From assembly GCA_963674965.2 (NCBI GenBank), contig CAXXFL010000001.1:128001-192000 (forward strand): a DNA stretch of 64,000 nucleotides. The letters run 5' to 3'. Each line of letters starts with the position of its first letter. Position 1 is the first letter of the stretch. The position numbers were made by a program, and so were the translations under genes. The stretch is from a bacterium. Its GTDB lineage: Bacteria; RBG-13-61-14; DATKZS01. Below the pieces are notes generated by a model. That model did not search any database and was not told the DNA's origin. It saw only the letters and a list, made by a program, of their open reading frames with translations. Below are positions 28,425 through 38,080 of the stretch, in pieces.

Positions 28425-29567
28425 TTATCTGATTTTTCTCGCCGACTTGGTTTCTCCCCGCAGCGGATTGGGGACCTTGACCACGAAGGTGATCCTTCTG
28501 TTCTTGGCCATGCCCTCGGGCGTGTCGTTGGTGGCGATGGGCTCGTACTCGCCCTTGCCGACGGCGCTGAGCCGCGCTTGCTCGACCCCGGCGTTAACCA
28601 GGAACTGCATGACCGACCCCGCCCTCTTCTCGGAGAGGACCTGGTTGGACTCCTCGCTGCCCCTGGAGTCGGTGTGCCCCTCGATGGTTATCTCGACCTC
28701 GGGGTTGGCGTTCATGACCGAGGCAATTTCCTCGAGCATGTCGTTGTACTTGGGCTTGATGTCCCACTTGCCGGTGTCGAACTGGATGTCGTAAATGGTC
28801 CAGCACCCGAAGTCGTCGATGCTGGCGCCGTAGGGGGTGTTGGGGCACTTGTCCACCGAGTTGTGGACGCCGTCCATGTCCCTGTCCTCCTTGGCCCCGA
28901 AAAAGGCGTTGCCGATGAACTTCTCCATGTTGCCGGCCGTGTCGATCGACCCCGAGGTGGTGCCGAAACCGCAGGCGCTGCCTCCGGCCTCCCGGATTTT
29001 CTGAAGTTGCTTGCCGCCCCGGTCGGACTTGCCCACCTGGATGGTGTAAATGCAGGCCGTGCCGTTATAGTGGTTCTTCAGGTTCTCCGCCTCCTTCACG
29101 GGGTCGTCCGAGTCGCTCAGGCTCCCGTTACTGACGATGATTACGGCCAGGTTGCCGCTGATCCCGTTGGAGGAAAGATCGTCGCGCAACGCGCGAAGGG
29201 CGTCGGACAGGTTGGCCTTGCCGGTCCTGGGCTTCATCGACTCGACGGCGTCAACGAAGTTGGACTCGTTAAAGCCGGCCCATTGCTGGGGGGTCCTTAC
29301 CTCGTTGCTGGGAAGACCGTACTCGTAAACGGCCCCCTTAAGTCCGATGTCGGTGGGAAGCTCCTCGCAGAAAATCTTGGACACCTTGCGAGCGAGGTAG
29401 TTGTGGCTCTGGTTGCGGAAAGTCTTGTTCATGTCGAATGACTGGTCCACGAGAAGAGCGAAGTTCTTATAGCGGGCGGCCCTGCTCGCGTTGGCCCCGT
29501 CGGCGCCGATGAGGACCGCCACTAAAGCGAGGGCCATAATCAGGCATATAGGTTTGACTGTTCTCAT
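28425..29567 (-). CDS. OmpA-family peptidoglycan-binding protein with N-terminal vWA-like domain
   Basis: signal peptide; LLVDQS; DRDMDGV...DKCPNTP...GC repeat; IEGHTDSRGS...NQVLSEKRA...NRR. Confidence 0.88.
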   Translation of the reverse strand: MRTVKPICLIMALALVAVLIGADGANASRAARYKNFALLVDQSFDMNKTFRNQSHNYLARKVSKIFCEELPTDIGLKGAVYEYGLPSNEVRTPQQWAGFNESNFVDAVESMKPRTGKANLSDALRALRDDLSSNGISGNLAVIIVSNGSLSDSDDPVKEAENLKNHYNGTACIYTIQVGKSDRGGKQLQKIREAGGSACGFGTTSGSIDTAGNMEKFIGNAFFGAKEDRDMDGVHNSVDKCPNTPYGASIDDFGCWTIYDIQFDTGKWDIKPKYNDMLEEIASVMNANPEVEITIEGHTDSRGSEESNQVLSEKRAGSVMQFLVNAGVEQARLSAVGKGEYEPIATNDTPEGMAKNRRITFVVKVPNPLRGETKSARKIR

Positions 29568-29641
29568 AAAAAAATCCTCCTTGTTTTCTTTGTTACCCCA
29601 AAGAGTCCTTAAAATTATCCCCCAATTGTTAAGCGAAAGTT

Positions 29642-29670
29642 ATTTTAGCCGCTGGATTGGGGTTTCGCAA
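29642..29670 (-). promoter_or_regulatory. sigma70-like promoter for the OmpA-family gene
   Basis: TTGCGA-17 nt-TAAAAT on the minus strand. Confidence 0.5.
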
Positions 29671-29700
29671 GTATGGATGGACGAAAAAAGCCGGGCCCCA

Positions 29701-30477
29701 TCAAAGGGACCATTGTCCCTCCAGCAATTTCAGCGAATTGGAGGGCGCGCCGAGATGGAAAGCGATAAACGGCGATAGGATGTCCATGGACTGGGCAAGG
29801 GAGTTGCGAGTGAAGTTGACCCGGGCCAGCACGCTCTCGTCGGCCTCCATGACCCAGCTCAGGGTCCGCGAGGTATCGGGCGACAGGCCCCTTTCCATGC
29901 CAACGGGAACTTGCCGGCCCTTCTCCTTTGCCCGGCATTCCTCGCACAGTCCGCCCCCAAGGGAGGCGTCGAAACGGCAGCCGCGCTCGAGGGCGCTTTG
30001 GCCGCAGGCCACGCAGCCGGCGACCCTGGGTTCGTAACCTAGTTCTTTGAGCAGCCGGAAGGAGTAGGCCGCGGCCCACCGGTCGGAGTCCGGTTCCCGG
30101 CGCAGGCGGAGGAGTCCGGACAGGAGCGCGTGAAAGGCCGCTGGTGAAGGTTCTTGGGCGGGGGCGGCCATGCCGATTATCTCGAGCAGCAGACAGGCCC
30201 GGGCGAGTCGTCTCGGGTCCTTCCTGAACTCGGGAAAGCCATCGATCAGCCGGGCGTGCTCGAGAATCAGCCGTCCTCCCCGCGGCGAGGTCACGAAGCC
30301 GGCCTCGATGAGGTGGACGAGGTCGAGGGCCCCAACGAACCTTTTTTTGCTGCGGAGGGCTCCCTTGGCCAGGGCCTCGATCCGCCCCCCCTCGGGAGTG
30401 AAGAGCCCGACCGCCAGGTCCGACTCTCCCTCGGGCCTCGTTCCCAGCACCAGGGCCGCCGACTCGAACCTGGTCAT
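29701..30477 (-). CDS. recO: DNA repair protein RecO
   Basis: ESD, AKGALRSKKRF, LGYEP and CVAC...CEEC zinc finger. Confidence 0.92.
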   Translation of the reverse strand: MTRFESAALVLGTRPEGESDLAVGLFTPEGGRIEALAKGALRSKKRFVGALDLVHLIEAGFVTSPRGGRLILEHARLIDGFPEFRKDPRRLARACLLLEIIGMAAPAQEPSPAAFHALLSGLLRLRREPDSDRWAAAYSFRLLKELGYEPRVAGCVACGQSALERGCRFDASLGGGLCEECRAKEKGRQVPVGMERGLSPDTSRTLSWVMEADESVLARVNFTRNSLAQSMDILSPFIAFHLGAPSNSLKLLEGQWSL

Positions 30478-30524
30478 GGCTTCCGGTCCTTCATAATCAC
30501 CTTTGCCCTCGCCCGAAGAATCTA

Positions 30525-31868
30525 CTAAAGAAGCAGGTTGGCCAGGGTTAGATAGATGAAGATTCCCATGATATCGCAGGTGGTGGAAATTATCGGAGCG
30601 GTGGCTATGGCGGGATCGACCCCTATCCTTTTGAAGAAGGCCGGAAGAAAGGTGCCCACCAGGGCGCTAAAGCCCATGACCGAGACGATGGCGCAGCCGA
30701 TAACGACGCTGAACTCGATGGCGGAATGTCGGAAATGCACGAAAGTCGCGGTGGCCATCCCAATTATCATTCCCAGGATCAGGCCCACGGCGACCTGTCC
30801 GAAGAAGAAGGCGCCGATGTCCTTGTAATCGATTTTCCCGGTGGCGATGCCGCGGACCACGATGGTGGCCGACTGGGTGCCCACGTTGCCGCCCATGGCC
30901 ATGACTATGGGGATGAAGGCGGCCAGCGCCACCATTTCCTTCATGGTCTCCTCGAAGTGGCCCAGGATAATCGAGGTAACGATGCCTCCCACCCAGGTGA
31001 TGGCGAGCCAGGGGAGCCGGGCCTGGACGCTTTTGAAAACGGAGAGTTCCTCGAGCTCCTCCTCGCCGGCCCCGGCCATGAGAAGGAAGTCCTCGTCGGC
31101 CTCGTCCTCGATGACGTCCATAACGTCGTCGAACCAGATGCGGCCAATAAGCCTGCCCGAGTCGCCGACCACGGGAAGAGAGATCAAATTGTACTTCAAG
31201 AAAAGGTTGCTGACCTCCTCCTGGTCCATGTCGGCCTTGACCGAGATAACGTCGGGGTCCATGATCTCGGAGACCTTGCGTTCGGGAGTGGACAGGATCA
31301 GGTCGCGAAGATCGAGTACTCCCTCCAGCGTCTTGTCCTCGTTGACCACGAAGACGAAGTGCAGGTTCTCGACCTCGTCCTTTTGCGCCCTGATCTCCTC
31401 GATGGTCTCGCTGACGGTGGCGTCCTTTAACACCGCCACCATCTCCGTCTGCATGAGCCCGCCGGCCGTTTCCTCGTCGTAGCCCATCAGCCGCCGGATT
31501 TCCTCGGAGTCGGAGGCGTCGATCCGCGCCAGTATCCGGCGGCGGTCCTCCCGGGTAAGCTCGGCCAAGAGGTCCGCCGCGTCGTCCGTGTCCATCTCCT
31601 CGACGAAGTGGACCATGCGCTCGTCCGGAACGGACTCGATCACTTCATCGAGAACGTGGTCCTCGATCTCAGGAAGAACGTCGGCGGCGACCGAGCGGGG
31701 GATAAGGGTGAAAATGCGTCTTCTTCCCTCCTCGTCGACTTGCTCGACCAGGTCGGCGATGTCGGCGGGATGGACGAGACCGAGGAACTCACGAAGTTCC
31801 TCGTCCGACCCTTGTTTAACGAGAATCTCGAGATCGTTGAACTCGGGATATTTAGCCGTTCCTTCCAT
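30525..31868 (-). CDS. mgtE: magnesium transporter MgtE
   Basis: HPADIA, DDAADLL, ETAGGLM, CBS pair, RLPWL, MGGNVGTQS and DPAIA. Confidence 0.96.
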   Translation of the reverse strand: MEGTAKYPEFNDLEILVKQGSDEELREFLGLVHPADIADLVEQVDEEGRRRIFTLIPRSVAADVLPEIEDHVLDEVIESVPDERMVHFVEEMDTDDAADLLAELTREDRRRILARIDASDSEEIRRLMGYDEETAGGLMQTEMVAVLKDATVSETIEEIRAQKDEVENLHFVFVVNEDKTLEGVLDLRDLILSTPERKVSEIMDPDVISVKADMDQEEVSNLFLKYNLISLPVVGDSGRLIGRIWFDDVMDVIEDEADEDFLLMAGAGEEELEELSVFKSVQARLPWLAITWVGGIVTSIILGHFEETMKEMVALAAFIPIVMAMGGNVGTQSATIVVRGIATGKIDYKDIGAFFFGQVAVGLILGMIIGMATATFVHFRHSAIEFSVVIGCAIVSVMGFSALVGTFLPAFFKRIGVDPAIATAPIISTTCDIMGIFIYLTLANLLL

Positions 31869-31985
31869 GGCCGCGACTCCCCCCGGCGCCGGGCCGGGGC
31901 ATCAACATACTACACCCGCCCATCGGGAAGCGTCAAAAAGAAAAGAAACCCGACGCCAAGTTCCCTACGGGAACCGCGGGGTCCC

Positions 31986-32561
31986 TCATCGCCTGGGGGG
32001 ATAGTTTTCCTGGTCGGTGAACTTGAACTCCGAGAAGTCGTACCCCCGCTCGGCCAGCCGGGCCTCGATTTTTTCCAGCGTGGCTTTTTTCAAAGTGGGG
32101 GTCCTTGAAAGGACCCATCCATATTCCCTTTTCGGGTGTCCCACCACGGCGTACTCGTAGTCCTCGCCCAGGTCGATGACCCAGTAGTCGCCTCCGGCCG
32201 CCTTGATCCCGAAGGGCAGGAAGCTGACCTTGAGCTTGGCGTTGGTCTCCGGGTCGACCACCCAGGCGACGCCCTTGGCGCTCGAGAGCTTTCCCTTTTT
32301 GGTATAGCAGGCGTTAACCACCTGGACGGTCCCGTCCGGCTTGAGCGAGTATGAGGCGGTGGTCCCGCCGGCGCACTGTCTCTGGAAGACGGCGGGTATG
32401 GAGGCTATTTCGTACCAGGTACCCATGTATCTTTCCACGTCCACTTTTTTCACGACTTCCGGACCGCCGTCTTTTTCCCCGGCGAAGACCCCGAGGGCGA
32501 GGAATATTCCCAGCGCGGCCGCGACGGCGAAGGGCGCTATCTCACGCGAGTATGCGTGCAT
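31986..32561 (-). CDS. blc: lipocalin family protein (Blc-like)
   Basis: VDVERYMGTWYEIA, LKVSF, GDYWV...DYEYAVVG and WVLSRTP. Confidence 0.9.
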   Translation of the reverse strand: MHAYSREIAPFAVAAALGIFLALGVFAGEKDGGPEVVKKVDVERYMGTWYEIASIPAVFQRQCAGGTTASYSLKPDGTVQVVNACYTKKGKLSSAKGVAWVVDPETNAKLKVSFLPFGIKAAGGDYWVIDLGEDYEYAVVGHPKREYGWVLSRTPTLKKATLEKIEARLAERGYDFSEFKFTDQENYPPRR

Positions 32562-32573
32562 GACTTTCTCCTT

Positions 32574-34778
32574 TCATATCCTTCCGACCTTGATTACGTC
32601 CTCGATTTTCTCGAGGGCGACGATAATATGGTTAAGCTCCTTGAGGGTCTTGGCCCTGATGGTGAAGTTATGGACCGCTCTTTTGTCGTCGGTCGTGTGC
32701 ACGACCGCCCTGAGCACGTGCATGTTGAGGGAGTCGATGGCGGAGGAAAGCCTGAATAGCATGCCTCTTTCCTCCTTGGAGATCACCTCGATGGTGACCT
32801 CGGACTCTCCCTCCACCTTCTCGTCCCATTGGGCGGAAAAAACGCTTTCGTTATCCGCCTCGGCCAGCGCGTGGCACCTCACGTTATGTATCTCGAAGGC
32901 GCCGTCCGGCTTTTTCACCGCGCCCACCTCCTCGCCCACCAGGGGCATGCAGCAGGCGCCCATTACCACGCCGGAGTCTTTAAAGCTGGAAATTACCACC
33001 GGCGGCTTGCCCTGGGACTCCGCCAGGGCCACCGCCTGGGCTTCCCCTTTTTTAGTCCTCGACTTTTTCCTCGCCTTCCTGGATTTGTCCTTTTGCCGCT
33101 TCACGGACTCGAGGGGCACGAGCTTGTGGACCGCCTTTCTCACGGGGAAATGGTCGTTGCCGATGGCCTCGAGCATTTTTTCCACGCTGGGAAAGCTGTA
33201 TTGCCTGGCCACCTCGAGCAGGCTTCCGTTCTTGATGAGCGGAGCCAAAGCGTGGTGGTTCTTGAGGAGGTCCACCTCGAGCATGTGCCTTCCCAGTTCC
33301 CTGGCCCGGCTGATTTTGCGCGAGGTAATGAAATGGTTTATCCGGGCCCTGGCCCTCGAGCTTTTTGCGAAGTTCAGCCACGCCTCCTGGGGCTCGATCG
33401 ACTTGCTGGTGATGATCTCGACGATGTCGCCCGACTTGATCTCCTCGCTGAGGGGAACGATCTTGCCGTTAATCTTGGCCCCTCCGGCCCGGTCTCCTAT
33501 GTCGCTGTGAATGGCGTAGGCCAGGTCGATGGGCGTGGCCCCGAAGGGCAGCTCGATGGTGTCGCCTCCCGGCGTGAAGGCGATGATCACGTCGGGTATG
33601 ACCTCGCTCTTGACCGACTCGAGGAACTGGTAGGGGTTCTCCAGGCTCTTGGTGATCTCGACCAGGTGGTTGACGAACTCGAGGGTCTTTTCCTCGCCGC
33701 CCTCGTGGGGGGAGACCAGCCCGTCCTCCTTGTACCTCCAGTGGGCCGCGATGCCGTACTCGGCCAGGGCGTGCATCTCCCTGGTCCGTATCTGTATCTC
33801 CACCCTCTCGCCCTCCAGGCCTATGACCGTGGTGTGAAGCGACCGGTACATGTTGGCCTTGGGCAGGGCGATGTAGTCCTTGATGCGCCCGGGCACGGGC
33901 GCCCAAAAGGAATGAATGACGCGCAGGGCGTCGTAGCAGGCGGGGATGCTGTCCACGAAAATGCGGAAGGCGATCAGGTCGAACACCTCGTCGAAGCTGA
34001 GGTTCTGCTTCTCCATCTTGTTATACACGCTGTAGAGGTGCTTGAAGCGCCCGGTGACCTCGCAGCCGACGCGGGCCTCGTCAAGCCTCGACTTGAGGGA
34101 GTTTTGAACCTTGTCGATGAAGTCCTTTCTCGCCTCCCGGGTGGTGGCCATCTTCGCCGCCAGCTTGAAGTACAGCTCGGGCTTCAAGTACTCGAAGCTG
34201 AGGTCCTCGAGCTGGGCCTGAATCCAGTGGATGCCCAGCCGGCCCGCGATGGGGGCGTAGATGTCCAGGGTCTCCTGGGCGATGCGCTTTTGCTTTTCCT
34301 CCTCCAGGCTCTTGAGCGTGCGCATGTTATGGAGCCGGTCGGCCAGCTTGATAAGGATGACCCTCACGTCCCGGGCCATGGCCAGGATCATCTTCCGGTA
34401 ATTCTCCGAGTAGACCTGGGCGCGGGAAGAACCCGAGGTCAGCCTGCCCATCTTGGTGACGCCGTCCACCAGTCGGGCTATGTCGGGTCCGAACTCCTTT
34501 TCCATCTGGTCCACCGTATAGTCGGTGTCCTCGACCACGTCGTGGAGGAGCCCGGCGGCGATGGCCCGCTCCTGGAGCTTGAGCTCGGTAAGTATGCCGG
34601 CGACCTCGAGGGGATGGGACAGGTAGGGAAGGTTGTCCTTCCTGCGCTGGCCCTCGTGGAGCATGGCGCTCTTGATATAGGCCTTCTGAACCACGGCGAC
34701 GTTGGCCTTGGGATGGTAGGATAAAAGCCGATCAATGATTTCCTCGATCCGGATGACCGTCACCGGATTATCCTCCAT
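32574..34778 (-). CDS. spoT: bifunctional (p)ppGpp synthetase/hydrolase (RelA/SpoT)
   Basis: PYLSHP, LLHDVVED (intact HD), KLADRLHNMRTL, RIKD, YRSLHT, AAHWRYKE, TGS and ACT domains; downstream of rpoZ. Confidence 0.95.
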   Translation of the reverse strand: MEDNPVTVIRIEEIIDRLLSYHPKANVAVVQKAYIKSAMLHEGQRRKDNLPYLSHPLEVAGILTELKLQERAIAAGLLHDVVEDTDYTVDQMEKEFGPDIARLVDGVTKMGRLTSGSSRAQVYSENYRKMILAMARDVRVILIKLADRLHNMRTLKSLEEEKQKRIAQETLDIYAPIAGRLGIHWIQAQLEDLSFEYLKPELYFKLAAKMATTREARKDFIDKVQNSLKSRLDEARVGCEVTGRFKHLYSVYNKMEKQNLSFDEVFDLIAFRIFVDSIPACYDALRVIHSFWAPVPGRIKDYIALPKANMYRSLHTTVIGLEGERVEIQIRTREMHALAEYGIAAHWRYKEDGLVSPHEGGEEKTLEFVNHLVEITKSLENPYQFLESVKSEVIPDVIIAFTPGGDTIELPFGATPIDLAYAIHSDIGDRAGGAKINGKIVPLSEEIKSGDIVEIITSKSIEPQEAWLNFAKSSRARARINHFITSRKISRARELGRHMLEVDLLKNHHALAPLIKNGSLLEVARQYSFPSVEKMLEAIGNDHFPVRKAVHKLVPLESVKRQKDKSRKARKKSRTKKGEAQAVALAESQGKPPVVISSFKDSGVVMGACCMPLVGEEVGAVKKPDGAFEIHNVRCHALAEADNESVFSAQWDEKVEGESEVTIEVISKEERGMLFRLSSAIDSLNMHVLRAVVHTTDDKRAVHNFTIRAKTLKELNHIIVALEKIEDVIKVGRI

Positions 34779-34916
34779 CGGGCCGCCGAAATTACCATCG
34801 TGGTTCGGCCCCTCCAGCCTGGACCGGCCGCTGGTTCAGGCGGCGCTTACAGTCAAACCAGCCCGCCAGAGGCCTGGCGGGCCAGACTCGAGACAAAAAA
34901 GACGTCTCGGAGAATA

Positions 34917-35174
34917 TCAATAATCGTCGGGGTCCTTGAGAGTAATGGGAACGAACTTTTCCTGCTCCCCTTTTTTCTCGTCCAGTTTCGCGTCGATGGG
35001 GTTCACCTTTTTCGCCGCGATCTCCCGAAGCGAGGTGATGACCTCCTTGTTGTCGCAGCCGATTACCGGGTCGGCGCCCGCGTATAGCTGCTTGCTGCGC
35101 TTGACCGCCAGCATGACCAGGGCGAACCTGTTCTCAACGTTCCGAAGGCAATCCTCAACCGTGATACGAGCCAT
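34917..35174 (-). CDS. rpoZ: RNA polymerase omega subunit
   Basis: [10 protein letters not shown]...NRFALV...LREIA. Confidence 0.96.
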   Translation of the reverse strand: MARITVEDCLRNVENRFALVMLAVKRSKQLYAGADPVIGCDNKEVITSLREIAAKKVNPIDAKLDEKKGEQEKFVPITLKDPDDY

Positions 35175-35219
35175 GGCTAAATCCTCTCTTTAAAAGGGCC
35201 CGGAAAAACCCGAGGCTCC

Positions 35220-35888
35220 TTATGAAATTTTCCCAGGCCCCCGAGCTCGCTTCCCGGGGGCGGTGAAATCGGGCAAAACGCCTTTGGCCTTTTCCGCCAT
35301 ATGGTCCCGTCCGGCCCGCCGCGAGGCGACGACGCACTTCAGAGTCTCGACGGCCTGGTCAAAGTCGTCATTTATTATTATATAGTTAAACCGCTCCCAT
35401 TCAAGAATCTCCTCGCGGGCGCGGCTGAGGCGTCTTTCGATTTCGTCCTCTTTTTCCGTTCCCCTGCCGACCAGGCGCGTTTTAAGGGCGTCCCACGAGG
35501 GCGGCAGGATGAAAATGAACGCGCCATCGTCCACGCTTTCCTGAAGCGTCCTGGCCCCCTGAATGTCGATCTCGACCAGAAGGTCCACGCCCTCCCTGGC
35601 GGACTTTTCAAGGTAAGCCCGGCTGGTGCCGTAACGCTTGCCGTGAACGTTGGCCCACTCGGCGAACTCCCGATTCTCGATCATGCGGTCGAAGGTCTCG
35701 TCGTCCACGAAAAAATAGTCCCGGCCGTCGCGCTCTCCCTCCCGGCGCGGGCGGGTGGTGTAGCTCACGGACCAGGCCAGTTCCTTGGAACCCTCCCGGG
35801 CCAGACGTTTTATCAGCGCCTTGCAAAGCGAGGTCTTGCCCGCCCCGGAGGGAGCGGCCACCACGAACAGCAGTCCTTTTTCGCTCAA
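35220..35888 (-). CDS. gmk: guanylate kinase
   Basis: APSGAGKTS, SYTTRPRR, DYFFV, YGTS, EIDIQGA and FILPPS; probable TTG start. Confidence 0.96.
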   Translation of the reverse strand: MSEKGLLFVVAAPSGAGKTSLCKALIKRLAREGSKELAWSVSYTTRPRREGERDGRDYFFVDDETFDRMIENREFAEWANVHGKRYGTSRAYLEKSAREGVDLLVEIDIQGARTLQESVDDGAFIFILPPSWDALKTRLVGRGTEKEDEIERRLSRAREEILEWERFNYIIINDDFDQAVETLKCVVASRRAGRDHMAEKAKGVLPDFTAPGKRARGPGKIS

Positions 35889-35941
35889 TCCATCCCCTGT
35901 CGCTCGAATTGTCCCGGCGGCCCGAAAAGCCGGGCCCGGGC

Positions 35942-36826
35942 TCATTCAATATTTTGCACCTGCTCCCGAATTTTTTCCAACTCGGCCTTGACCTTGACCG
36001 TGACCGCCTGGGCGTCGGCGTCCATGATCTTGTTTCCCGAGGTGTTGATCTCGCGGAAGATTTCCTGGGTCATGAAGTCCAGTTTCCTCCCAACTGGCCC
36101 CTCCTCGGCCAGGACGGCCCGGAACTGCTCGAGGTGACTTTTAAGCCGGACCATCTCCTCGGTGATATCGGCGCGGTCCGCTAAAATGGCCACCTCCTGG
36201 GCGAGACGGTCCTCGCTCACGGCCGCTCCCTCCGGAAGAAGGTCGGACAGGCGACGCTCGAGCTTTTCCCTATGAGACCTCACCACCCGGGGGGCCATGG
36301 CCTCGAGCTCGAGGACCCAGGACTCGATGGACGCCAGCCGCTCGATCATGTCCCTCTCCAGGGCCTCCCCCTCGCGGGACCGCATCTCCCGGAGCTCGCC
36401 GAAGCAGGACTCGAAAACGGCCGCCAGCTCGGGCCAGGCCTCGTCGCCCATCCTCGAGGGGTCTCCCACGATGATGACGTCCTTGAGGTTGGCGATGAAC
36501 CCGAGGTCCGGCTCTCCCGCAAGGCCCAGCTCCCGCTTCATCTCGGCCATGGCCTCGGCGCACCCTCTGGCCAGGGGCCGGTTCCAGGCGACGGAAACGG
36601 GGGCCTCGCCGGGCTCGGCCGCCGCGTAGACCTCGACCCTTCCCCGGGCGAAGTATTTTTTGGCCAGCTCCGCGACCTTGTTCTCGAGGGCGGCCATCTC
36701 CCGGGGCAGCTTGCACTTCAAATCCAGGTACCTGTGGTTGACGCTTTTGGCCTCGACGGTCAGGCTCGTTCCCGAGGCCTTTCCCGAGACGCGGGCGTAT
36801 CCGGTCATGCTGAGTACTCGGCTCAA
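35942..36826 (-). CDS. yicC: YicC/YloC family endoribonuclease
   Basis: SMTGYA, KSVNHRYLD, DITEE, GRKLDF..QE..REINT and EKIREQVQNIE. Confidence 0.95.
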   Translation of the reverse strand: MSRVLSMTGYARVSGKASGTSLTVEAKSVNHRYLDLKCKLPREMAALENKVAELAKKYFARGRVEVYAAAEPGEAPVSVAWNRPLARGCAEAMAEMKRELGLAGEPDLGFIANLKDVIIVGDPSRMGDEAWPELAAVFESCFGELREMRSREGEALERDMIERLASIESWVLELEAMAPRVVRSHREKLERRLSDLLPEGAAVSEDRLAQEVAILADRADITEEMVRLKSHLEQFRAVLAEEGPVGRKLDFMTQEIFREINTSGNKIMDADAQAVTVKVKAELEKIREQVQNIE

Positions 36827-37371
36827 TTTGTTTTCCTTTCCTTCGCCCTCCGGCGCAGATCGTGTTTATAGGCTTCCCTGATCCTGTTGAGGAAGGCGAT
36901 CATTTCATCCTCGGCGTAATCGGGATAGGTCCATTCAAGCCTCTTGAAGGAGCCGCTCTCGAAAACCAGGGTCAGGTCGATGTAAATTCCCCGGCCGGCG
37001 TAGGTCCTGCTGGGGTTGGGTTTTCCCGTGGCCAAAACGAAGTTATACACGCTTATCAGGCCGGGATCGAGATTGATCCTTCTCAGGTCGCCCTCCCTTT
37101 GCCCCTCCTCGAGGGAATTGGTGAAAAGCTTGATGGCGGGAAGCTCGCCCGGATCGACCGGTTCCTTGAACGTGAAGAAGCGCCGAAGAAGCTTTCCTCC
37201 CATCTCGCCGTCGTAATAGTGGGTCATGGCAAAGGGAAGCTCGCGAGTGGAATGGTCGGTGGGCCCGAACTTTCGTATCAGTTCGGGGAGGCACGCCTCC
37301 AGGGCCTCGCCGCTCGAGTAGATGGCGCTAAGGAACAGCTTGGCCGGGTCGGGCGTCCTGGGCCTGCTCAT
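36823..37371 (-). CDS. DUF4416-like protein
   Basis: THYYDGEMG, IKLFTNSLE, RRINLDPG and WTYPDY; ATGA overlap with the upstream gene. Confidence 0.8.
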   Translation of the reverse strand: MSRPRTPDPAKLFLSAIYSSGEALEACLPELIRKFGPTDHSTRELPFAMTHYYDGEMGGKLLRRFFTFKEPVDPGELPAIKLFTNSLEEGQREGDLRRINLDPGLISVYNFVLATGKPNPSRTYAGRGIYIDLTLVFESGSFKRLEWTYPDYAEDEMIAFLNRIREAYKHDLRRRAKERKTN

Positions 37372-38069
37372 TCCCTTATTCCCGCGGGTCCCTTGCAGGC
37401 CTTGACGCACACGCCGCATATCCTTTGCCCGATCCCTCTTAACTTCTCGTTTTCCCTGTTGCGCTCGGCGCAGGAGGCGAGGTCGAAGTCCGCCGGGCCC
37501 TCGTGGATGGCCCCGACCGGGCAGACGGCGCGGCAGCGGACGCATTTGCCGCACCCGCTTTCGTCCTTGTTTTCGAACCACGGTCCCGGGTCGAAGACCT
37601 CCATGTCCGTTAGCACCGTGACCAGCCGCGCCTGGGCGCCCCGGGAGGGAGTGACTAAAAGGTTGTTCCTGCCGTACCAGCCTTGTCCCACCGTGACCGC
37701 GACCTGCCGGTGGTTGACGTGGGCCAGCAGGGGCTCGCCCCAGCTTATAATCTGGCTGGCCGGGACCGGCAAGGCCCGATGGCCCGATTCCTGGAGCCGG
37801 AGCGCCGCTCCCATGGCCGTCCGGTCCATGAGGTAGTTAAGCTGGCCATAGGCGTGCTTGTAAAGAAGAGTGGGCCGGTCCGTGATTCCCCCGATCGACT
37901 CGGGCGGCAAGGGATAGGCCAGACTGATGGCCCAGTCAAGGCCCGAGAGGTCCTGTTCCTTGCTTAGCTCCCACTGGTCCCTCACGCCGGTTATGTCCCC
38001 CGCGGCGATCAGGACGGGCGACTGGCCGGATATCCAGTCCTTGAGCGAAAGCCAATCCCAATGAGCCAT
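37368..38069 (-). CDS. epoxyqueuosine reductase-like iron-sulfur protein
   Basis: GWYGRNNLLVTP, RLVTVLTD, CGKCVRCRAVCP and C...ICGVCVKAC. Confidence 0.75.
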   Translation of the reverse strand: MAHWDWLSLKDWISGQSPVLIAAGDITGVRDQWELSKEQDLSGLDWAISLAYPLPPESIGGITDRPTLLYKHAYGQLNYLMDRTAMGAALRLQESGHRALPVPASQIISWGEPLLAHVNHRQVAVTVGQGWYGRNNLLVTPSRGAQARLVTVLTDMEVFDPGPWFENKDESGCGKCVRCRAVCPVGAIHEGPADFDLASCAERNRENEKLRGIGQRICGVCVKACKGPAGIRE

Positions 38070-38080
38070 GGCGCGCCCGC

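Noticed and set aside
37368-38069. Reductive dehalogenase
   Set aside because: Only 233 aa, no Tat signal and no rdhB anchor gene; it fits QueG-like Fe-S proteins.
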